A DNA stretch of 32,000 nucleotides from Sinorhizobium meliloti (GCF_017876815.1 NZ_JAGIOS010000001.1:1800001-1832000), one strand, 5' to 3'; shown: positions 17,629-25,808, numbered from the stretch's first letter. The notes: generated from the sequence alone by a model not told the origin. Numbers and translations are program-made.

Positions 17629-18071
17629 TGCTGTTCATTGACGCCTCGGTTATCGTCGCCATTCTGGCCGAGGAAGAGGATGCCCCAAGCCTGATCGATC
17701 GGCTCGAGCAGGACGGCGGCCCCTACTACGTCTCGCCCGTCGTGCGGATGGAAGCGACCCTATCGCTCACGCGCCGATTGGCCGAGGCCGCAGGCAGGGG
17801 TGGACCAGCAACACCCGAGATGATGGACACGGCGCGCCGTCTCGTCGAGCAGTTCATCTCCGACCTCGATTGCAAGGAAGCGATGATTTCTGGCGACGTT
17901 GGCTCCAAGGCGCTTGATGCCGCGCGGCAGTTCGGCAAGGTCATGAACCACCCCGCCAAGCTGAACATGGGCGACTGTTTCACCTATGCCTGCGCGCGGG
18001 CTTATCGTACCCGAATTGCCTATAAGGGTGACGACTTCACCTATACCGATCTCGGCTGGCATAGCCATTAA
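17628..18071 (+). CDS. vapC: PIN-domain ribonuclease toxin
   Basis: 147 aa. The PIN acidic residues are in MLFIDASVIVAIL, RMEATLSL and NMGDCFTYACA. Confidence 0.85.
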   Translation: MLFIDASVIVAILAEEEDAPSLIDRLEQDGGPYYVSPVVRMEATLSLTRRLAEAAGRGGPATPEMMDTARRLVEQFISDLDCKEAMISGDVGSKALDAARQFGKVMNHPAKLNMGDCFTYACARAYRTRIAYKGDDFTYTDLGWHSH

Positions 18072-18195
18072 GGTCTATCGGAAAGCCACGCCAAACCCTG
18101 GGGCGCGGCCTACCCCTTCTCGCCGTCGGAACGGGGAGAAGGTCGCGTCAGCGAGATGAAAGGCGGTTGCGGGTGGAATGTTCTTCCGAGGTAAC

Positions 18196-19230
18196 TCAGC
18201 TCTGCAGCGCCGCGCCCAGGAGCACCAGCCCGAGCAGCAGGACAAGCAACGCACCGGCGATCTCGATGCCGTTCGAGATGCGTGCCGCAGCCGAATCGCT
18301 GGAGGCATAGCGCACGGCAATGCCCTTGGCCGTCACGGCCATGGTCGCCAGGATCGAAACGGTGATTGCCGTGCCGATCGACATGGCGAAGACCGAAAGC
18401 ACGCCGCCGAGATAGAGCCCGTTGAGGAGGGCGAAGGACAGCACGATCAGCGCGCCGGAGCAGGGCCGCAGGCCGACTGCGACGATCGCCGACCAGGCTT
18501 CGCTGAGCGCGAAGCGGTCGCCCTTCAGGAGCGCCGGATCGGGTGCATGGGCGTGGCCGCAGGTGGCGCAGACCTCGCCGGGCCCGTGCGCATGCCCGTG
18601 CGCATGGTGGTGATCATGATGATGATGCTCGTGGCCGTGGCTATGACCGTCATGGGCATGCACCGTGGCCGGGGCAGGGGCCGGACGCAGCATCGATCGC
18701 AGCTTGCGGAAGACCAGCCAGCCGCCGAAGGCCGCGATCAGCGCATAGCTCGCGATTTCGAGTGCACGGGTGGCGTTCGTCATGCTGATCGAGGAGCCGC
18801 GCAGCACGAGATAGACGGCGCCGATCAGGAGGATGGCAACGACGCCCTGCAGGATCGAGGAGAGGAAGGAAAGCAGCACGCCTCTCTTCAGTTCCGTCTC
18901 ATTGGCGATCATGTAGGAGGAGATGACCGCCTTGCCGTGGCCCGGACCGGCGGCATGGAAGACACCGTAGGTGAAGGAAAGGCCGATCAGGGACCAGAGC
19001 TGCCACGGGTTATCGCGCATGTCCTTGAGTGCGTCGGTCAGCATTCGGTAGAAGCCCTGCTGCTCCATGTTCACCCAGGAAAAGAACCCGCCAAGGAAGC
19101 CCGTCGTCCGGATGGAAGGTTCGGCAGTGCCGATGCCGAGAGGCGACTGGGCGGCGGCGACGGTTGCGGAAAAGGCCGTCAACAGGAGGGCGGCCACGAT
19201 CAGGCGGCCGGCGTTGCGGGCATTCAGCAT
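18196..19230 (-). CDS. NicO/RcnA-type (COG2215) nickel/cobalt-family metal transporter with a His-rich loop
   Basis: 344 aa, multi-pass. It has the family motif FHAAGPGHGKAV and a central loop HAHDGHSHGHEHHHHDHHHAHGHAHGPGEVCATCGHAH. Its start overlaps the stop of the upstream DUF1007 gene by 7 nt. Confidence 0.85.
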   Translation of the reverse strand: MLNARNAGRLIVAALLLTAFSATVAAAQSPLGIGTAEPSIRTTGFLGGFFSWVNMEQQGFYRMLTDALKDMRDNPWQLWSLIGLSFTYGVFHAAGPGHGKAVISSYMIANETELKRGVLLSFLSSILQGVVAILLIGAVYLVLRGSSISMTNATRALEIASYALIAAFGGWLVFRKLRSMLRPAPAPATVHAHDGHSHGHEHHHHDHHHAHGHAHGPGEVCATCGHAHAPDPALLKGDRFALSEAWSAIVAVGLRPCSGALIVLSFALLNGLYLGGVLSVFAMSIGTAITVSILATMAVTAKGIAVRYASSDSAAARISNGIEIAGALLVLLLGLVLLGAALQS

Positions 19231-19868
19231 GTGATCTCGATCCTGGTTGCAAAGAGCTTCGACGTGTCGGTCCCGGTCGGATCGTTCCAGAAGGCGTCGG
19301 TCAGCGTGTCCTTGTTCTCCGCCAGCACTTCGTCGGGATCGGGCCGCACCACCTGATGCTGGCAGGCCTCGATCTTGTCGCCGACGACGGAGAGGTCTTC
19401 GTCGGTCGGGAAGTCAATGGCGGTATACATGGTCGGGTCGTAGACGCCGAAGGAAAGCTTGCCCTTGAGCGGCATGGTCTCGGCAGGCTTGACCGCGAAC
19501 ATCATCAGGAGCTGGTTATCCTTGTAATCGACGGTGATGCTGTCGGGTCTGTTGACCTTCACGGATTTGCCGTTGTCGGAAATCGACGTGTAATAGTTGT
19601 ACTCCGCCAGCGACTCGAGCACCGTCTGGCCGACTTCCTTCAGTTCATCCGGGTCGAGCGTGGCGTTCGCGTTCTTGTCGAAGTCGAGAACGACGCTTGC
19701 CGAAAACAGCTCGTCGAACCGCCAGACATTCCTCAGCTCGCCGATCCCGCCCTTTTCGTCGGAGACGATCTCCAGGCGAGCTTCCGCGAATATATGCGGG
19801 TGGGCGAAGGCGAGAGCGGGCGCGAGGAGCGTCGCAAGGCCGGCCATGACGATGCTTTGTGTTTTCAT
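19224..19868 (-). CDS. DUF1007-family periplasmic protein (partner of COG2215 transporters)
   Basis: 214 aa starting at the ATG at 19868. It has a signal peptide (MKTQSIVMAGLATLLAPALAFA), and the mature N-terminus begins HPHIF, as is typical of DUF1007. The rest of the 587-aa track ORF is a shadow of the LysR gene. Confidence 0.8.
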   Translation of the reverse strand: MKTQSIVMAGLATLLAPALAFAHPHIFAEARLEIVSDEKGGIGELRNVWRFDELFSASVVLDFDKNANATLDPDELKEVGQTVLESLAEYNYYTSISDNGKSVKVNRPDSITVDYKDNQLLMMFAVKPAETMPLKGKLSFGVYDPTMYTAIDFPTDEDLSVVGDKIEACQHQVVRPDPDEVLAENKDTLTDAFWNDPTGTDTSKLFATRIEITC

Positions 19869-19987
19869 GGGAATGGGAATCCTTTCGGCCGAGGCCGCGC
19901 GAATCGTCCCCGAATGTACCGTAAATGAGACGGAATTGGGACTTGTAGCGCATCGTTTCCACCGGGTGAGGAAGGATCGCAGTCGCA

Positions 19988-20881
19988 TCAGCGCGTCCTG
20001 CGGAACCAGCTGTGGAGGAAGTCGACGAAGGTGCGAACCTTGGTCGGGAGGTAACGACGATGCGGATAGATGGCGTAGATGCCGCGATCCTTGGGCAGGA
20101 AATCGTCGAAGAACGTCACGAGCTCGCCGGCAGCGATCTTCGGCCGGGCGATGAAATCGGGAAGGACCGCCACTCCGATGCCGCTCACCGCGGCCCGCGC
20201 CGCGGCAAGCGGGCTGTTGACCTCGATCTGCCCGCTGACCGACACGGTGAATGGCGAACCGTCCTTTTCGACGAAACGCCAGCTCGAATAGGACCGGCCG
20301 TTGGTGTCGAGGATGCACGGCAGCTTGGAAAGTTCGCTCGGATGCCCGAGGGGGCCGGCCTTGGCCATGAAATCCGGCGAGGCGCAGACCAGCACCTGAA
20401 AGTCGTCGAGCTTGCGGGCGATCAGCGTCGAGTCCTCGAGCCGGGTGATTCGGATGGCGACGTCGAATCCTTCCTCGACGAGGTCGATGAACCGGTCGTC
20501 CGAGACGATGTCGAGCGACAGTTCGGGATGCTCCTTGCCGAAGTCGATCAGGGACTGGCCGATATCCGCATCGACGAAAGTCCTCGGCACGGTGATTCGC
20601 AATCGGCCCTTGAGGTCGGAATTGTTGGCACGCACGAGATCGGCGAGGTTGTCGATCTCCTTCAGGATCTCCGATGCGCTGCGGTAATAGGTGTGTCCGG
20701 CCTCGGTCAGCGAGAACTGGCGCGTCGTGCGGTTCAACAGCAGCGCGCCGAGCTCGTCCTCGAGTTCGCGCACATATTTCGACAGCAGCGCCTTGGATTT
20801 GCCGATGCGCCGGGCCGCGGCCGAAAAGCCTTCCGCGTCCACGACATCGATGAAGGCGCGGATGCGGGTCAAGGTATCCAT
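19988..20881 (-). CDS. LysR-family transcriptional regulator
   Basis: 297 aa starting at the ATG at 20881, with a GGAGAAAG RBS. The N-terminal wHTH is MDTLTRIRAFIDVVDAEGFSAAARRIGKSKALLSKYVRELEDELG, followed by a LysR substrate-binding domain. Confidence 0.9.
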   Translation of the reverse strand: MDTLTRIRAFIDVVDAEGFSAAARRIGKSKALLSKYVRELEDELGALLLNRTTRQFSLTEAGHTYYRSASEILKEIDNLADLVRANNSDLKGRLRITVPRTFVDADIGQSLIDFGKEHPELSLDIVSDDRFIDLVEEGFDVAIRITRLEDSTLIARKLDDFQVLVCASPDFMAKAGPLGHPSELSKLPCILDTNGRSYSSWRFVEKDGSPFTVSVSGQIEVNSPLAAARAAVSGIGVAVLPDFIARPKIAAGELVTFFDDFLPKDRGIYAIYPHRRYLPTKVRTFVDFLHSWFRRTR

Positions 20882-21037
20882 GATTCGTCTTTCTCCGGCA
20901 TGCAGGCGAAAACGCGCTTGGTAGACGGGTCTCCGGTTCCCACCCGCACGCACGGCCCTGCTGCGATCGTTCAGCCAAAGTGAACACTGGCGCCGTTGCC
21001 CGGTCCAGAAAAAATTAGCGGCGAGATGGAAAAAACT

Positions 21038-21467
21038 CTTGATTACGACAATGATTTTTCTTACCTACGCCTTGCCCAAAGTCGCACGTGCCTGTGGGTG
21101 TCCGCCGACCCTCGATTAGGTGAGGTTATCGGTAAGGTACCTGGAACTAACCCCTCCAGTCGCTATTCCGGCCAACCGGGAAATGCGAGGACATCTTGAA
21201 GCAACGACGGTGCGGGCCTTTCTGGTGTCTGCCGGCTCTCCAACAGCCGGGGTTACTGAAGAGGCACACCTTCATTGCCGGAAGTGCGGTTGGGTTATTC
21301 CCTCCAATCCATGGCAGACAAAGCCGAATCCTAGCCTTTGCGGGCTTTGATTCAAATTCGCGCATCGAGCGCATGCATGGTTCCGGGGTCTCCACCGGCT
21401 GGTTCCAGTGCAGGCGCGCGTATGCCCTTTGTCCTCCACAGTCGTGGAGTCTAATGGATCGGGGAAT
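21038..21467 (+). promoter_or_regulatory. long 5' leader of the ornithine decarboxylase gene (expected location of the alphaproteobacterial speF RNA motif) with a candidate promoter
   Basis: The non-coding gap upstream of odc is about 580 bp. The candidate promoter is CTTGAT(21038-43)-N17-TTACCT in an AT-rich patch (23 G+C in 21001-21060 by hand count). Local hairpins include 21231-21250 and 21434-21449. The motif identity was not verified by a covariance model. Confidence 0.4.
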
Positions 21468-22607
21468 ATGGCCATGACCACCGCACGTATCATCGACTTC
21501 CTCAACACCCGACGACCCGAAGGTCCTTGCCTCGTTGTCGACCTCGACGTCGTGCGCGACAATTTCAAGGCCTTCCGTCATGCGCTGCCCGACAGCGCGA
21601 TCTATTATGCCGTGAAGGCAAACCCGGCACCGGAAATCCTGCGCCTTCTCGCCGGCCTCGGCTCCAACTTCGATTGCGCGTCCGTCGCCGAAATCGAAAT
21701 GGCGCTCGATGCCGGGGCGACGCCGAACCGCATCTCCTATGGCAACACCATCAAGAAGGAGCGGGACGTTGCGCGCGCCCATGCGCTGGGGATCAGCCTC
21801 TTTGCGGTCGACAGCCACGAAGAGGTCGAGAAGATCGCGCGCGCCGCTCCCGGTGCCCGTGTCTTCTGCCGCGTGCTGACCGATGGCGAAGGCGCCGAAT
21901 GGCCGCTGTCGCGCAAGTTCGGCTGCGTGCCGCAGATGGCGGTCGACGTGCTCGTCTATGCGCACCAGCTCGGGCTCGTCTCCTACGGCGTCTCGTTCCA
22001 TGTCGGCTCGCAGATGACGAAGCTCGACGCATGGGATGCGGCTCTTGCCGATGCCAAGCGCGTCTTCGTCCAGCTTGCCAAGCAGGGCATCGAGCTAAAA
22101 ATGGTCAATATGGGCGGCGGCTTCCCGACGAAGTACCTCAGGGACGTTCCGTCGGCCGAGGCCTATGGCCAGGCGATCTTCGGCGCGCTGAAGAAGCACT
22201 TCGGCAACAACATTCCGGAGACGATCATCGAGCCGGGCCGCGGCATGGTGGGAAATGCCGGCGTGATCAAGGCGGAAGTCGTTCTCGTGTCGAAGAAGTC
22301 GGACAACGACAGCCACCGTTGGGTCTTCCTCGACATCGGCAAGTTCGGCGGTCTCGCCGAGACGATGGACGAGGCGATCCGCTATCCGATCCGTACGGCC
22401 CGCGATGCCGATGCGATGGAACCCTGCGTGCTCGCCGGCCCGACCTGCGACTCGGCAGACGTGCTCTATGAGAAGAACATGTATCCGCTGCCGATCTCCC
22501 TGACGATCGGCGACGAGGTTCTGATCGAAGGCACGGGCGCCTACACGACGACCTACTCGGCCGTCGCTTTCAACGGCTTCGAGCCGCTAAAGGCCTATGT
22601 CATCTGA
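21468..22607 (+). CDS. odc: PLP-dependent ornithine (Orn/Lys/Arg group IV) decarboxylase
   Basis: About 379 aa. It has the PLP-lysine motif YAVKANP, GGGFP, EPGR and the substrate-site CDSAD. The start is ATG 21468 or ATG 21474. Confidence 0.9.
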   Translation: MAMTTARIIDFLNTRRPEGPCLVVDLDVVRDNFKAFRHALPDSAIYYAVKANPAPEILRLLAGLGSNFDCASVAEIEMALDAGATPNRISYGNTIKKERDVARAHALGISLFAVDSHEEVEKIARAAPGARVFCRVLTDGEGAEWPLSRKFGCVPQMAVDVLVYAHQLGLVSYGVSFHVGSQMTKLDAWDAALADAKRVFVQLAKQGIELKMVNMGGGFPTKYLRDVPSAEAYGQAIFGALKKHFGNNIPETIIEPGRGMVGNAGVIKAEVVLVSKKSDNDSHRWVFLDIGKFGGLAETMDEAIRYPIRTARDADAMEPCVLAGPTCDSADVLYEKNMYPLPISLTIGDEVLIEGTGAYTTTYSAVAFNGFEPLKAYVI

Positions 22608-22692
22608 TCCTGCTCGCTCCCGTTCACGCGGGAGCGGCTTTCACAATTCATGTCCGGTCCGCCTGAAGCGGTTTTGATGACGGGAGGCCCAG

Positions 22693-23283
22693 ATGGCCGC
22701 TGTTGTTGATTCCTTGCGCGCGTTCTTCGCGCCAACCACCTTTGTGATCGACTCGGAAAACCCGGGCGATGTCGTTGCGCGCGAGAACCTGCTCGACCGC
22801 GCCATGGGCGCGGGTCGCCGCAGGAAATCGTCGGAGAAGCTGCGTCGCGGCCGCGTGCCTGCCGAGGGCCTTGCCCTTGTCGCCCGGGATGCCGACGGTC
22901 ACGTCATCGGCACCGTGCGCCTCTGGAACGTCGAGGCCGGCGTCAACCGCGAGGGCCAGCCGGTGCCGGCGCTGCTGCTCGGCCCGCTTGCGGTCGATCC
23001 GGCGCATGAGGGCAAAGGTATCGGCGGCATGCTGATGCGCGCGGCGGTCCAGGAAGCCAAGAACCGCGGCCATGGCGCCGTCCTGCTCGTCGGCGACGCC
23101 GCCTATTACGAACGTTTCGGCTTCTTCTCGCAGCGCGCGCAGCATCTCGTCATGCCCGGTCCTTTCGAGCGCAATCGCTTCCTGGCGCTCGAGCTCAAGG
23201 AAGGCTGGCTCGACGGTGCTGCCGGGATGCTGGTCGCCAGCGGCCGGAAACTCGCTTTGCCGCCGCTTCGCCGCGCCGCCTGA
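22693..23283 (+). CDS. GNAT-family N-acetyltransferase
   Basis: 196 aa with GGGAGG 5 nt upstream. The acetyl-CoA motif is LAVDPAHEGKGIGGMLMRAAV. It lies 85 bp downstream of odc on the same strand. Confidence 0.85.
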   Translation: MAAVVDSLRAFFAPTTFVIDSENPGDVVARENLLDRAMGAGRRRKSSEKLRRGRVPAEGLALVARDADGHVIGTVRLWNVEAGVNREGQPVPALLLGPLAVDPAHEGKGIGGMLMRAAVQEAKNRGHGAVLLVGDAAYYERFGFFSQRAQHLVMPGPFERNRFLALELKEGWLDGAAGMLVASGRKLALPPLRRAA

Positions 23284-23322
23284 ATTTCTTCCGCCTCTCA
23301 CCCTGCGGAGGTGGATTATCAG

Positions 23323-23360
23323 CAGCGCTCCTGCCGTCCTTCGCGGCGGGAGCGCTGTTT
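23323..23360. terminator. 9-bp stem-loop between the convergent GNAT and LysE genes
   Basis: The stem is CAGCGCTCC-N16-GGAGCGCTG followed by TTT, so the T-run is weak. Confidence 0.4.
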
Positions 23361-23380
23361 ACGCACTTTTCCGAAGTGCT

Positions 23381-24016
23381 CTAATTCGCAGCGCGCCGAT
23401 AGAGCGCCAGAGATCCGGCGAGCGCCAGCAGTGCGCCGCCGCAGATGCGGTCGAGCCAGATCGCGCCGGAGCGCCTCATGAAGCGGACCGCCTGCGACCC
23501 GAGCAGGGCGTAACCGAACATCACCACGAAATCGATCGACGCGAAGACGATGGCCAGCATGGCGTATTGCGGCGCCTGCGGCAGGGCGGGATCGATGAAT
23601 TGCGGCAGAAAGGCCGAAAAGAACAGATAGCCCTTGGGATTGGTGACGGCGACGAGGAAGCTCTTGGTGAAGATGGAGCGCGTTGCGCCGGAATCCGCTC
23701 CCTGCGGCGCTTGCGACGGGAGTTCCAGCGTTCCGCGCGATCGCAGCAGCATGACGCCGAGATAGGCGAGATAGGCGGCGCCCAGCCATTTGACCACGGA
23801 GAACCAGAACTCCGACGCTGCAAGCAGTGCACCGAGCCCGAGTGCGACCGCGCCGATCAGCACGAAATCCGAGAGCATCGCGCCGATCATTCCTGCCGTT
23901 GCCCGTTTCACGCCAAAACGCGAACCATTGGTGAGCGCGAGAAGCACGGTTGGTCCAGGCGTTGCGATGCCGATGAAAGCGACAAGCGCGAATGCGAGAA
24001 TGGTGACTTCGCTCAT
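23381..24016 (-). CDS. LysE/RhtB-family amino-acid exporter
   Basis: 211 aa with a GGGAGGA RBS. The N-terminus MSEVTILAFALVAFIGIATPGPTVLLALTNG and six hydrophobic segments are typical of LysE/RhtB translocators. Confidence 0.88.
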   Translation of the reverse strand: MSEVTILAFALVAFIGIATPGPTVLLALTNGSRFGVKRATAGMIGAMLSDFVLIGAVALGLGALLAASEFWFSVVKWLGAAYLAYLGVMLLRSRGTLELPSQAPQGADSGATRSIFTKSFLVAVTNPKGYLFFSAFLPQFIDPALPQAPQYAMLAIVFASIDFVVMFGYALLGSQAVRFMRRSGAIWLDRICGGALLALAGSLALYRRAAN

Positions 24017-24120
24017 GATGTCCTCCCTAGATCACTTTTCCTCATCCCGCTCTTGGCGACGCCAAGTCGTCCCATAGCTGTCGCGTGCGTGCAAGTGGCC
24101 ATCGCCGGCGGCCCGCGCGT

Positions 24121-24149
24121 TTGACAGCCTGCATGGTTTCCCCTATTCA
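24121..24149 (+). promoter_or_regulatory. candidate sigma70 promoter TTGACA-N17-TATTCA
   Basis: The hexamers were read directly (24121-26 and 24144-49). The promoter would give a 5' UTR of about 140 nt ahead of the 24294 CDS. Confidence 0.35.
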
Positions 24150-24293
24150 GGCGCCGGGCGAGGGCCCCTGCCGTCCGCGAGCGTCAAGCTTCGGTGAAGT
24201 CTCTCTTTTCGACACGGTCACGCCGAGCGGCATGCTGCCGATGGCAATGCGGACACCCATCCAGAAATGCATGCCGTAACAGGAGACCCTGTC

Positions 24294-24740
24294 ATGACGC
24301 ATGAATTACGAAGCCTTCCCTCGCTCGATGCGCTGAAGGACCAGGCCAGACGCCTGAGATCCCGGCTTGCGTCGGAGGGTGACGAAGTCACCCACTCCAA
24401 GTCGCTCGAGCTGGTCGCCGCCCAGTATGGCTATCGCGATTGGAACACGCTGCACGCGGCCGTCGGCAACCGGCCTGCTTTCAACCCATGGATGCTCGGG
24501 GCGCGGGTCAAAGGCCGTTATCTCGGCCAGGCTTTCGAAGCGGAAATCCTCTCGGCCCAGGCGATCAGCGCGAAACCGCGACGTTATCGGCTGACGTTCA
24601 AGTTCGACGAGCCTGTCGACGTCGTCACATTCGAGAGCTTCTCCGCTTTCCGACAACGGGTCACCGCCACCATCGATGAAAGCGGGCGGACGGTCGAGAG
24701 GACCTCGGATGGGCGGCCGCATCTTGAACTGGAGTGGTGA
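24294..24740 (+). CDS. uncharacterised protein: N-terminal 'glyoxalase-related' helical domain plus an unknown beta-rich C-terminal domain
   Basis: 148 aa starting at the ATG at 24294, with AGGAGA 7 nt upstream. The N-terminal segment SLDALKDQARRLRSRLASEGDEVTHSKSLELVAAQYGYRDWNTLHA resembles the short domain often annotated as glyoxalase superfamily protein. I do not recognise the C-terminal 90 aa. Confidence 0.65.
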   Translation: MTHELRSLPSLDALKDQARRLRSRLASEGDEVTHSKSLELVAAQYGYRDWNTLHAAVGNRPAFNPWMLGARVKGRYLGQAFEAEILSAQAISAKPRRYRLTFKFDEPVDVVTFESFSAFRQRVTATIDESGRTVERTSDGRPHLELEW

Positions 24741-24818
24741 GGAACAGGCGGAGCTGGCCCTCATCCGGCTTGCCCCCGCCTTTTCGCCGCAGCGGCGGAT
24801 TGCATGCATTCACGCCTG

Positions 24819-25808
24819 CTACCCGGCGATATCCACCACACCGCAATCGCCCGCCGCCGATCCGAAGGCGAGTTGGCGGCCGCTCTTGTTCCAGGCCATG
24901 GCGGTGATCGCGCCATTGCCCGGGCGACGCAACAGCACTTCCTTGCTGTCCGCGAAGCGGGCGGCGAGGATCATGCCATCCTCATAGCCGATGGCGACGA
25001 TATCGTCTGCCGGGTGGCAGGCGACTGTCGTCACCATTATGTTGGCGCGGGTGCCGAGCTCGAGCGGCGCCTTGCCCATCGGTCCGTCCTTGCCCTGAAA
25101 CGGCCAGACGATCGCTGCCGGCGCGCCGGACGAGGCGAGCCACTTGCCCTTCGCAGACCAGGAGAGTGACTTCACCTTGGCCGGATAGCCGGTCATGCGC
25201 ATGTGCCGCGCCTCGGCGCCGGGCTTCGCGTCGAGCTTCCAGCCATGCAGCGCATTTTCCTGCATTGCGGTGACGACGAAGCGTCCGTCGGGAGAGAAGG
25301 TGACGCCTGTGTGGGCGCCCTTCCATTCGAGATCGACCGGCTGGCCTGCCATGGCCACCCAGTGCAGCGAGACGCCGTTGTATCGCGCGGCGGCGATCCT
25401 CAGGCCCTTGGGTGCGAAGGCGATGCCTTCGACGGTCCGCTGCTCGGGAAATTCCCTGGTGGTACCGTCGGAAAGGCGGACATGCGTCGTCTTGCCGTAG
25501 GCGTAAGCGACCGCACCTTGCGGTCCGGCCGCAACTTGCGAGATCCATTTGCGACCCGTGTCGGCAACGAGGCTCGCCGTGCCGTCTGCCGAAATGCGCA
25601 TTACCTTGCCGTCTTCGCCGCCGGTCAGCAGCGTGTCGTTCGCCTCGTCGACAACGAAGGACAGCAGCCCGTCATGTGCTTCGGTCGTCTTGTGGCCGTG
25701 ATCGAGCCGGTGGATCGTGCCGGCGGCCCCGGCGAAGAAGGGAACATCCTTGAGGAAAGCCACGCCGACGACGTGGCCTTCGAGATCGAGCGGAGCGACG
25801 GTCGGCAT
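24819..25808 (-). CDS. WD40-repeat beta-propeller protein (stand-alone)
   Basis: 329 aa with repeated blades ending in WD-like dipeptides (LLTGGEDGKVMRI, FSPDGRFVVTAMQENALHGW, WSAKGKWLASSG, WNKSGRQLAFGS). There is no signal peptide and no other domain. Confidence 0.8.
   Translation of the reverse strand: MPTVAPLDLEGHVVGVAFLKDVPFFAGAAGTIHRLDHGHKTTEAHDGLLSFVVDEANDTLLTGGEDGKVMRISADGTASLVADTGRKWISQVAAGPQGAVAYAYGKTTHVRLSDGTTREFPEQRTVEGIAFAPKGLRIAAARYNGVSLHWVAMAGQPVDLEWKGAHTGVTFSPDGRFVVTAMQENALHGWKLDAKPGAEARHMRMTGYPAKVKSLSWSAKGKWLASSGAPAAIVWPFQGKDGPMGKAPLELGTRANIMVTTVACHPADDIVAIGYEDGMILAARFADSKEVLLRRPGNGAITAMAWNKSGRQLAFGSAAGDCGVVDIAG

Noticed and set aside
18604-18621. An identical 18-mer ATGGTGGTGATCATGATG shared by the NicO gene and the COG0523 gene (26248-26265), as evidence of recombination or a common regulatory site.
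   Set aside because: Both copies encode HHDHHH on the minus strand with the preferred His and Asp codons. The identity is explained by codon usage in His-rich tracts.
19869-19987. A Zur box, NikR box or cobalamin riboswitch upstream of DUF1007-NicO. The region upstream of COG0523 (26974-27089) was examined for the same elements.
   Set aside because: No ATGTTAT/ATAACAT-type palindrome, no GTATGA-N16-TCATAC site and no B12-box-like sequence are visible. The 120-bp gap is also too short for a cobalamin riboswitch.
19869-20987. The N-terminal roughly 370 aa of the 587-aa minus-strand track ORF (19224-20987).
   Set aside because: This part overlaps the LysR gene in another frame and is Arg/Pro-rich. 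The recognisable DUF1007 protein begins at the ATG at 19868 with a signal peptide.
21026-21199. A 57-codon ORF (MEKTLDYDNDFSYLRLAQSR...) in the odc leader, as a SpeFL-like leader peptide.
   Set aside because: The RBS is weak and the third codon positions are AT-rich, unlike every confident gene here. The candidate promoter lies inside it, and there is no similarity to the E. coli SpeFL peptide. I kept it only as something to check by conservation.
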